Source: Candidatus Parcubacteria bacterium
GTDB taxonomy: Bacteria > Patescibacteriota > Patescibacteriia > Patescibacteriales > UBA12075
Reading direction: 5' to 3'
Assembly: GCA_963814275.1 (NCBI GenBank)
Contig: CAWFCE010000001.1
Coordinates: 3,307 to 67,306, forward strand
Length of the DNA stretch: 64,000 nucleotides
The position numbers and the translations under genes were made by a program. Shown piece after piece: positions 27,795-35,735 of the stretch. Numbering within the stretch: the first letter of the stretch is position 1; each line of letters begins with the position of its first letter. The notes under the pieces are model-generated. The model did no database searches, was not told where the DNA came from, and was given only the letters and a program-made list of their open reading frames with translations.

Positions 27795-29099
27795 ATGAAA
27801 TATATTGATAAAAAATCAATAAAAACCATCTTAGCAGCCGTCTTCACTCTCGCAATCCTAGCCGTTGGGGCTTTGTGGTATTTTCACCATGGTAACGTGA
27901 AGGGTGTAGAAGCCGGCTGGTGGAATGATTCCTGGTCCTACCGCAAAGCCATCGTGATCAATCACAGCTACGTAACAGGAGATCTGGAGAATTTCCCGGT
28001 GCTTATTTCCCTGACTGATGCTAGTTTAGGATCCCACGCCCAGGCAGACGGCGATGATATTATTTTTATCGACGACGAAGGCAAAAAGTTAAGCCACGAG
28101 ATCGAAACCTTCGCCACCTCGACCGGGGTGCTTGTCGCCTGGGTGAAGATTCCGAGTTTGTCCTCGACCGACGATACACCGCTCTATATGTATTACGGCA
28201 ATGCGGGCGTCGGGAATCAGGAGGATTCGACGAACGTGTGGAATGATGATTACCAGGCGGTCTGGCATATGAATAATACCGATATGGCCACCTCGACCGA
28301 TTCCACCAGTCATGGGAATGACGCATATGGAAACGGATCGCCGCTTGCTTATCCGAACGGTCAAATAGGCGGCGGACTCGAATTTGATGATGAGAATGAT
28401 CTTTACTATCAAGCTACCGGAACTTCATTGGAATTTAACGGCGATATAATTGTTAGTTTTTGGATGAATACTTCCGGGTTGAGCGAAACCCAGCATACCG
28501 GGATAGTCGAAAGAAGCGATTGGGGCGTGCATACCGGCTGGGATTTTTTCGATAACGGCGGGGAATTGAGCTTTGCCGTTCTTGGCAACGGAACATTCTA
28601 TGAGGCCAAAATTGACCATGATATAGTCAATGACGGCGAGTGGCACTATATAAACGGAATCAGATTAGGCACGGATGTATATCTATATATCGACGGCCAA
28701 AATATAGCCCAGGATAATTCAACTAATTTTGATCTCTGCACGACAGAATATATGACATACGGCTGGGTTTATGGAGCGACTTCAGATACGATTTTACTTG
28801 ATGAGCTGAGAATTTCCGATACGGTACCTCCGGAAGAATGGGTAGAGACCGAATTCAACAACCAAAACTCGCCCCAAACCTTCCTCTCCGTCCAGGCCGA
28901 GGAGGTCGGGCCGGGGTCGGTCGGGTACTGGTCGTTCGACGAGGGGTACGGCACAACCGCGCACGACGAGAGCGGGCAGGGCAATGACGGCACGATCACG
29001 GGAGCCGAGTGGCAGGATGAGAGCATGTGCGTGAGCGGCAAGTGTCTGATGCTCGACGGCAGCGGCGATTATGTCGAGGTGGGGGATGTGGATTTTTAA
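27795..29099 (+). CDS. DUF2341 + LamG paralog 5, truncated 5' part (stops just after linker class a)
   Basis: The ORF is 434 aa. The first 110 nt are identical to paralog 1. It ends ..CLMLDGSGDYVEVGDVDF* exactly where a hairpin-led insertion begins. Confidence 0.85.
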   Translation: MKYIDKKSIKTILAAVFTLAILAVGALWYFHHGNVKGVEAGWWNDSWSYRKAIVINHSYVTGDLENFPVLISLTDASLGSHAQADGDDIIFIDDEGKKLSHEIETFATSTGVLVAWVKIPSLSSTDDTPLYMYYGNAGVGNQEDSTNVWNDDYQAVWHMNNTDMATSTDSTSHGNDAYGNGSPLAYPNGQIGGGLEFDDENDLYYQATGTSLEFNGDIIVSFWMNTSGLSETQHTGIVERSDWGVHTGWDFFDNGGELSFAVLGNGTFYEAKIDHDIVNDGEWHYINGIRLGTDVYLYIDGQNIAQDNSTNFDLCTTEYMTYGWVYGATSDTILLDELRISDTVPPEEWVETEFNNQNSPQTFLSVQAEEVGPGSVGYWSFDEGYGTTAHDESGQGNDGTITGAEWQDESMCVSGKCLMLDGSGDYVEVGDVDF

Positions 29100-29105
29100 A
29101 ATTTT

Positions 29106-29207
29106 TAATTCACCTAATTCCATATTCACCTAATAAAATGTCCAGTAACCAAATAATTTATTTTCGAATTAGATATTATGGAATTTTATTGGAAATTAGG
29201 TGAATTA
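29106..29207. repeat. Inverted repeat at the left edge of the insertion that splits paralog 5/6
   Basis: TAATTCACCTAATTCC (29106-29121) pairs with GGAAATTAGGTGAATTA (29191-29207), with one bulge and a ~69-nt loop. Confidence 0.7.
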
Positions 29208-29243
29208 GATAAATTAGAAATTAATAACAACCAGTTTAGAATA

Positions 29244-32200
29244 ATGAAATCTATAAAATTCACAATCTACTTCTTCGCCTTTCTGATCTCGTTCAGCCTT
29301 GTTAAGCCTGCCTTTGCCGCGCGCCTCTGGTCGTCGGGGTTCGAGCTGGACAGCCTGACCGCCGGCATGGAGTGGACTGCGATCGAAAATACCGGCGCTA
29401 CCATGTCTATCCAGGGGACGACCAAGCGGAGCGGAGATTATGCTTTGCGCTGCAATCCCAACGGCACGAATTGGGGTACTGTCCAATTCCAATCGTCCGC
29501 CCTGGGCGGCTATACCTATTATGTCAGAACATACCTGAATATCCACACCAGCATGTCGACCGAAGACGCGATCGCGATTTTAGGAACCAGTAATTATTCG
29601 AGCTCCGTCGGTTTGGCGCTCAATACTGACGATACGATCGATCTATATTATTATAGCGGTTCCGTTCATGTTCTCGGAACAAGCGATCTTTTGGAAAAAG
29701 ACACCTGGTATATGTTGGAATTTTCCTATAATTACAGCACCGGAGCCGTCGCCGCCAGATTGAACGGCAGCCAGTTCGCCGGCGGATCGTCGGTAGCCTC
29801 GCAAGCCTGGAATTATTTGTTTATCGGCGAAGGCTTCGGCAGCGGTTATACCGGCGACATATATTTCGACGATGTCGCGTTTAACGATTCAACCGGTTCG
29901 GACCAGAATTCCTGGCCCGGCGAGGGCAGTATCGTGCATGTTTATCCCGACTCCGCGGGCGATAATGACGATTCGGCACAAAGCCCGAATGGCTATCTGG
30001 AGGTAGACGAACAGCCGACTCCGGATGGCGACACCAGTTATGCCAATATCGATAATAACAGCGATATACTCGATGTCGACTGTGAATCATATTCGAGTGC
30101 GGGGATCGGGTCCGGCGATACGGTCACGCTGGTCCAGGTCGGCTACCGGGCCAGGGGTGCTGACGCAACCAGCCGGGCCGGTGTTCTTCGCATCAAAGGA
30201 ACGCCCGGCGGAACGATTTCGGAAAGTTCGACCCTGACGCGAAGCTCCGGAAGCTACCAGACCAATGCCCCGAGCCCGTACGGCTATAAATTGACCGCAT
30301 ATGTCAACCCTGAGGATAGCTTAGCCTGGGAGCCGAATGATATCAGTTCAATGCAGATCGGTTTTCGGGCAACGGACGCGGCACCGGATATCTACCTTAC
30401 CTCTCTCTGGGCCTTGGTCGAGTACGTACCGGTCGGGGGCGGAGGCGGCAGCGATGAAGAAACGGCTGAAGCGATGGTCTTTACGGTTTCCGCCTGGGTC
30501 AAGCCGATCGGCAGTATCGCGAATAAAGCGATCGCGGTCAAAGATGATGAGATCCGGCTGGTCACGGACTCAAGCGGACATCCGTTATGCCAAATACATG
30601 ACGGGACAAGCTGGCGCGCGGCCGCTACTTCGAGCCAGGCACTCGCGCTGAACGAATGGGCGCACGTGGCCTGCGCCTATGACCGGTCAAATCTGAAAAT
30701 CTACGTCAATGGCAGCGAGACCGCGAGCCGGGAGGAAACGAGCGACGTCTATAACACAGCCAATTCCTGGTTTTTCGGCCATGACGAAAGCGCCGCGTAC
30801 GGCGATTTCCAGGGCTCGATCGACGAATATAAAATCTACCCCTACGCCCGGACGGCCGACCAGATCCGGCAGGACTACGCCGCCGGTTTGGCCGGGATCA
30901 AATCAAATAGCGGCGTGGCCGCCAGCTTTGGGTCGCGGTCCGACTTGTGGATGAGCGACGGGCTGGTCGGGTATTGGAAATTCGACGAGCCGACGACTGC
31001 CGAGACCTACGAAGACTCCTCCGGTAACGGCAACACCGGCACGGCTGCCGGCAATGCCTCGACCACGGCCGGGAAATACGGCAACGGCGGGGTGTTTGAT
31101 GGGGACGGGGATTATGTAGAAATTTCTGATTTAGATGCATTTAAAACTATTTCATTTTGGGTTAAACCGGAAATAAGAAGCGGCTATGATTATTATTTTG
31201 TTACAGATTATGACGGATCTGATTTTGAAATTTCTGTTGATGATCATGGGTATCTGGTTGTCGGTGATTTTATATATAAAAATGGAACTTATTTGGATAT
31301 AGATGACTATATCGACACATGGAATCATATCGTTGTGTCCTTAGAAAACAATAAATACAGGTTTTATTTTAACGGTGAATTTATTCAGGAGGGTAATTTT
31401 GGCAGTTTTACAGGTTCTCATCCAGCTTATATCGGCGTATGGGGGACTGATTATAGCAGCGGTGACTTGCATTATTTCAACGGCCAAATCGACGAAGTCC
31501 GCATTTACAACCGCGCCCTGTCCCCGGACGAAGTGAGGAAATTATACGACTGGGCGCCGGGGCCGGTGGCGTGGTGGCGCTTCGACGAGCTCAGCGGCTC
31601 CACTGTCTACGACAGTGCCGCAAGTTCGACTTATTCGGGCGGCAACCACGGAAGTTTTGGTGGCGGCAGCGCCAACCCGACTTGGACACAAGGGAAGTAT
31701 GGCGGGGCGCTCAGATTTGATGGGAGTGATGATTATGTGTCATTGCCCGATTCCATGGTCCTTAACAGCCTTGATACGAGCCTGACCGACGTTACGGTCG
31801 GCGCCTGGGTGAAACTGAATTCCGATCCCGACGCGAGAGTCGGAATCATTTCCCTGGGCGATGTCGGCAACGACTACTGGGCCGCGACTGTCGGTACGGA
31901 TGTAGATAACAATAAATTCTCATACTATGTCGATCAGACAGGCAGCGGGACCAGTTCCGCTACGGCTTTGCCGGTCGGCGAATGGCATTACGTGGCCTTT
32001 TCCCGGACCGTGGACGGAACGGTTAATTTCTACTATGACGGGAATCCGGACGGGACGGAAACGGGTACGGTCAGCTCGGCGGCAAACGGAACGAAGTCGA
32101 TCGGCATCAGGCTGGAAGCGCCGGTTTCTTTCAACGGTCTGATCGACGATATCAAGATCTACAATTACGCCCGCACCCAGAAACAGATACTGGAAGACAT

Positions 32201-33200
32201 GACTAACGGCCCTGCTCTTAAATCTCCAATCTTAAATTTTAAATTTGAAGAGGGCTACGGCGATACGGTTTATGATTCATCCGGGAACGGGAAGAACGCT
32301 ACGCTTCATCCCGGCGCGACCGGCGGCAATCAGAGCGTGTCCGCGATGTGGGACCAGGGCGGCAAATTCGGCAAAGCGGTCGAATTCGACGGACTCAGCG
32401 ATTATATATCCTTCCCGTTCGACGATATTTACGGAACTTCTTTCGAACGGAACAATACGGTAGCGGCCTGGTTCAAGACGTCCAGCACGAGTTTCCAGGC
32501 GATATTCGGCGCCCGGGAATCGGTCGAGGGAAGCGAAGATTTGTACAGGCTTGATACTAACGAAGGACGCGTTGAGGCGGTGATACGCACCGAGCGCTAC
32601 ACCGGAGACGGAGATGCGGTCTTCGTCCGGACTCCGGTTGCCTATAATGACAGCGAGTGGCACCAGGCCGCCATGACCATGAACGACAGGATATTGTCGC
32701 TTTATGTCGACGGGGTGAAGCAGGGATCGACGGCGGTCGCCGGATATAGCTCCGAGATAAACGTCAACTACATCGGCGCCGAGGAAAACGACGGCGGGCC
32801 GGGCAACGGTTATGGCAGCTTCTTCGAGGGCCTGATCGACGATGTCCGCATCTACAACTACGCCCTCGACGAGGACGAAGTGAAAACCCTCTATAACCAG
32901 GGCGCGGCCGCGGTCATGAGCGCGCCCCAGCCCAAAGACAACGACGGCACGACCGTGACCGGCGCGGCCGGGAAATACTGCATCCCCGGCGACACGGCGC
33001 AGTGCGACGCCCCGGTCCTCGAGATGGATTTCAACGAAATGGCCGGCACGACCACGCATGACCGGTCCGGCCATGGCAATGACGGATATTTCGTTAGTCA
33101 GGCCAGCTCGCCGGTCTGGAAAGAGGCCAATAATTGCCATTCCGGTTCGTGCCTCATGTTCGACGGGAGCGATGATTATATTAGCTATAATTCAAGTTAA
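29244..33200 (+). CDS. Secreted protein: novel ~400-aa N-terminal jelly-roll-like domain fused to LamG modules 1-5 of the paralog scaffold
   Basis: The signal peptide MKSIKFTIYFFAFLISFSLVKPAFA starts at ATG 29244; the ORF-track start 29178 lies inside the hairpin. From ~30470 the sequence resumes LamG module 1 (MVFTVSAWVKP..) and then linker classes b to e. It ends at an in-frame TAA (33198-33200) inside a LamG module. Confidence 0.8.
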   Translation: MKSIKFTIYFFAFLISFSLVKPAFAARLWSSGFELDSLTAGMEWTAIENTGATMSIQGTTKRSGDYALRCNPNGTNWGTVQFQSSALGGYTYYVRTYLNIHTSMSTEDAIAILGTSNYSSSVGLALNTDDTIDLYYYSGSVHVLGTSDLLEKDTWYMLEFSYNYSTGAVAARLNGSQFAGGSSVASQAWNYLFIGEGFGSGYTGDIYFDDVAFNDSTGSDQNSWPGEGSIVHVYPDSAGDNDDSAQSPNGYLEVDEQPTPDGDTSYANIDNNSDILDVDCESYSSAGIGSGDTVTLVQVGYRARGADATSRAGVLRIKGTPGGTISESSTLTRSSGSYQTNAPSPYGYKLTAYVNPEDSLAWEPNDISSMQIGFRATDAAPDIYLTSLWALVEYVPVGGGGGSDEETAEAMVFTVSAWVKPIGSIANKAIAVKDDEIRLVTDSSGHPLCQIHDGTSWRAAATSSQALALNEWAHVACAYDRSNLKIYVNGSETASREETSDVYNTANSWFFGHDESAAYGDFQGSIDEYKIYPYARTADQIRQDYAAGLAGIKSNSGVAASFGSRSDLWMSDGLVGYWKFDEPTTAETYEDSSGNGNTGTAAGNASTTAGKYGNGGVFDGDGDYVEISDLDAFKTISFWVKPEIRSGYDYYFVTDYDGSDFEISVDDHGYLVVGDFIYKNGTYLDIDDYIDTWNHIVVSLENNKYRFYFNGEFIQEGNFGSFTGSHPAYIGVWGTDYSSGDLHYFNGQIDEVRIYNRALSPDEVRKLYDWAPGPVAWWRFDELSGSTVYDSAASSTYSGGNHGSFGGGSANPTWTQGKYGGALRFDGSDDYVSLPDSMVLNSLDTSLTDVTVGAWVKLNSDPDARVGIISLGDVGNDYWAATVGTDVDNNKFSYYVDQTGSGTSSATALPVGEWHYVAFSRTVDGTVNFYYDGNPDGTETGTVSSAANGTKSIGIRLEAPVSFNGLIDDIKIYNYARTQKQILEDMTNGPALKSPILNFKFEEGYGDTVYDSSGNGKNATLHPGATGGNQSVSAMWDQGGKFGKAVEFDGLSDYISFPFDDIYGTSFERNNTVAAWFKTSSTSFQAIFGARESVEGSEDLYRLDTNEGRVEAVIRTERYTGDGDAVFVRTPVAYNDSEWHQAAMTMNDRILSLYVDGVKQGSTAVAGYSSEINVNYIGAEENDGGPGNGYGSFFEGLIDDVRIYNYALDEDEVKTLYNQGAAAVMSAPQPKDNDGTTVTGAAGKYCIPGDTAQCDAPVLEMDFNEMAGTTTHDRSGHGNDGYFVSQASSPVWKEANNCHSGSCLMFDGSDDYISYNSS

Positions 33201-33206
33201 TCTAAT

Positions 33207-34967
33207 TTGAATTTTGTAGCCCCTGCTACGATTTCGTTTTGGATGAAATCAGGCTATGATCCAGGTAATCAAGCTGAAAGGGTTTATAGTATTAGTCAAG
33301 GGGGTGCCACCAGTAACTATTTTTATATTACTTTGGGGAAGCCAAGCGCATCCGGATTGAGCAACCAACTTGTTTGTATCGCATCAACCGTAGGGGGAAC
33401 AAATTCCGCTTGTTACACAACATCAGACCGTAATCAGCTTTTTAATAATGAGTGGCACCAGGTGGCAATCGTTACCGACGGCTCTGAATGGAAACTTTAT
33501 ATCGATAATACGGAGAAAACCTTATCTGACGATTTGGGTAGCGGCAATATCGGCACATACGGAGCGGTTAGTTTTGCTAATAATATCAAAATCGGTTCTT
33601 ATTACGGAAATACCAATTCAGATTTTTATCTTGGTATGTTGGACCATTTTAGTATCTTCAACTACGCCCGCACCCCGGCGCAGATCGCCTGGGATTATAA
33701 CGGCGGCAAGCCGATCGCCGAATGGCGGTTCGACGAATGTTCCGGAGGGATCATCCACGATGAAAGCGGGAATGGATATGACGGCACGCTTAACCTTGGC
33801 GTTACCGGAATTATTACAGTTGGCACTTGCGCCAGCTCAAGCAATTCATTCTGGTATTTAGGCAAGAACGGCGCCTATAAAGCGGCTGGGAGTTTCGACG
33901 GGGCCAGCGACTATATTGACATCGGCGATACAAACCTCAATATCGAATCCATCGGTTTTTGGATATTCCCGCACAACACAACCAATTACGTCATCGACCT
34001 GGACGGCGGCACCCATACCGTCGCCCTCGCGAACGGACGAATAAGCGCCAACGGCTTTGCCGATCCGCAGATCTATGTAAACGGAAAATCAGGCAGGAGC
34101 ATTACCCGGATGGCCTGGCAGCACGTGTTAATAACGACGGATACCGCTTTCGAAGCGAGTAATCTCCGCCTCGGCCGGATCGGCGGCAACTATTACGACG
34201 GCCTGATCGACGACGTCAGATTCTTTAATTACCCCCTGACGCCGGAACAGATCAAGACCGAATATACGGGAGGAGCGATGCGCATTGGCGGCGTACCCTC
34301 GCAGACCGTGGTTACCGCCGGCACCTGCACCCAGCGATTCAGCGACGACTTCAACCGGCCGGATAACGACAATATCGGTCCGGACTGGATTGAGAACGGA
34401 AGCGGCAATTTAAAAATCGCCAGCAATGTATTGCGTTTCGATAAGGACGCCGATTACGAATGGGGCAGTGCCGACTCCGTATCCGAGCTTATGTCCGATA
34501 CCCAATATGCGAAGTTCACGATTACTGATTTCGGCGGTTATGTTTTGCCAAATTCCGCAGAATTAATTTTGAGAAGCGGTGCGGTGCAATATTTGATTTA
34601 TATAAGCCGGGACTCAAGCGATAATATTTACTGGAAGGACAATGTGGGCGATATCCAGGGAACTACTATCAGCGTGGATAACGGCGTATCCGTCGCCGCC
34701 ATGGTCAGAGGCGCGGGCGATGACACCAACGTGAGCATTTGGCTGGATATGACCGAAAATACGCCTTTCAGCTCCGGCGCGCTTTGCCTTGATACCGGCA
34801 AGCCCTGCTGGGATTCGGCTTCGGACGCGCCGGATATTTATTTTACCAATAATCCCGTAAATGCCGCGGACGACGGAAAAAATTTCGGGATCGGCGTCTG
34901 GGAGACTTACGGTGTTCTTGGCAACAATATAGATATCGATGATTACTTCGCCGGGGACTGCGAGTGA
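33207..34967 (+). CDS. Continuation of the 29244 gene after a single in-frame TAA: LamG modules, linker f, tail-like motif, extra C-terminal jelly-roll domain
   Basis: This ORF is in the same frame as 29244..33200. ..DGSDDYISYNSS*SNLNFVAPATISFWMK spans a single LamG module. It contains FNYARTPAQIAWDYNGGKPIAEWRFDECSGG and FFNYPLTPEQIKTEYTGGAMRIGG, then a ~225-aa extra domain. Confidence 0.75.
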   Translation: MNFVAPATISFWMKSGYDPGNQAERVYSISQGGATSNYFYITLGKPSASGLSNQLVCIASTVGGTNSACYTTSDRNQLFNNEWHQVAIVTDGSEWKLYIDNTEKTLSDDLGSGNIGTYGAVSFANNIKIGSYYGNTNSDFYLGMLDHFSIFNYARTPAQIAWDYNGGKPIAEWRFDECSGGIIHDESGNGYDGTLNLGVTGIITVGTCASSSNSFWYLGKNGAYKAAGSFDGASDYIDIGDTNLNIESIGFWIFPHNTTNYVIDLDGGTHTVALANGRISANGFADPQIYVNGKSGRSITRMAWQHVLITTDTAFEASNLRLGRIGGNYYDGLIDDVRFFNYPLTPEQIKTEYTGGAMRIGGVPSQTVVTAGTCTQRFSDDFNRPDNDNIGPDWIENGSGNLKIASNVLRFDKDADYEWGSADSVSELMSDTQYAKFTITDFGGYVLPNSAELILRSGAVQYLIYISRDSSDNIYWKDNVGDIQGTTISVDNGVSVAAMVRGAGDDTNVSIWLDMTENTPFSSGALCLDTGKPCWDSASDAPDIYFTNNPVNAADDGKNFGIGVWETYGVLGNNIDIDDYFAGDCE

Positions 34968-35025
34968 TCGATTTGATTAGGTTAGGACGGAATATAACGG
35001 CGGAGCGGTTAAATTCGGTAATTAA
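34964..35025 (+). pseudogene. Internally deleted orphan copy of the LamG gene tail
   Basis: Positions 34990-35025 encode EYNGGAVKFGN*. The upstream ..GATCGATTTGATTAGGTTAGGACG is a deleted version of the GLIDDV..EQVKQ portion. Confidence 0.7.
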
Positions 35026-35168
35026 TAATCCAATGATCCAATGATCCAGTGACCCAATCAATATTTAATATCAAATATATAATTTTCAAACCGACGAAGT
35101 GTTTAAATATTTGATATTGAATATTAGATATTGATTGGATCATTGGGTTACTGGATTATTGAAAATTA
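35026..35168. repeat. AT-rich imperfect inverted repeat (CCAATGAT/AATAATCCA word family) upstream of the dead RayT copy
   Basis: The left arm AATAATCCAATGATCCAATGATCCAGTGACCCAATCAATATTTAATATCAAATAT pairs with the right arm ATATTTGATATTGAATATTAGATATTGATTGGATCATTGGGTTACTGGATTATT. Confidence 0.8.
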
Positions 35169-35459
35169 ATGGAAGGGTTATTTAAAAATAAATACCGTAT
35201 CGATTCAACCAGATTAAAAGATTATGATTATTCGCAAGACGGATCATATTTCGTAACGATTTGCACGAAGGAAAGGGAATTGTTTTTCGGGGAGGTCCAA
35301 AATAATAAAATGATTTTGAATGATTTGGGGGTAATAGCGGAAAAATATTGGTTGGAAATCCCACAGCATTTTGAAAATACAGAATTAGACGAATTCATCA
35401 TCATGCCGAACCATATTCACGGGATAATCGTGATCGATAATGACCGCGGACGGCGGTGA
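35169..35459 (+). pseudogene. RayT-type transposase, dead copy (N-terminal half only)
   Basis: This 96-aa ORF matches 26956-27240 up to the HUH motif (MPNHIHGIIVIDN). It then has a frameshift and no C-terminal Tyr-containing half. The next gene starts at 35736. Confidence 0.8.
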
Positions 35460-35484
35460 TGCGGCCGATCGTGGCAACGAAAAT

Positions 35485-35700
35485 GTCCGTGGTAGAGACG
35501 TTGCAATGCAACGTCTCTACGCGGCGCAACCCACCGAACCCGAATGCCGGTCTGGCGATATCAATCGCACCGTCCGTGGTAGAGACGTTGCAATGCAACG
35601 TCTCTACGCGGCGCAACCCACCGAACCCGAATGCCGGTCTGGCGATATCAATCGCACCGTCCGTGGTAGAGACGTTGCAATGCAACGTCTCTACGGACGC
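35485..35700. repeat. Tandem 87-bp repeat x2.5, each unit carrying the palindrome GTAGAGACGTTGCAATGCAACGTCTCTAC
   Basis: Unit starts are at 35485, 35572 and 35659 (period 87 = 29 codons). The repeat occupies the position of the intragenic palindrome of the intact RayT (27291-27328). Confidence 0.9.
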
Positions 35701-35735
35701 GGATACCGCAATAATCATCGTTCCTACCGCGTGCA

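Noticed and set aside
29178-29243. ORF-track N-terminal extensions: 29178 for the 29244 gene and GTG 19866 for DUF559.
   Set aside because: The extensions translate hairpin or leader repeat DNA. The downstream ATGs give a canonical signal peptide (29244). For DUF559, ATG 19899 gives the N-terminus shared with the 135-239 remnant.
35485-35700. A CRISPR array, considering the 87-bp palindromic tandem repeat and also the 223-bp units at 19146-19687.
   Set aside because: The units are contiguous with no unique spacers. The repeat lengths are atypical, and there are no cas genes. The 87-bp array is an amplification of the RayT intragenic palindrome.
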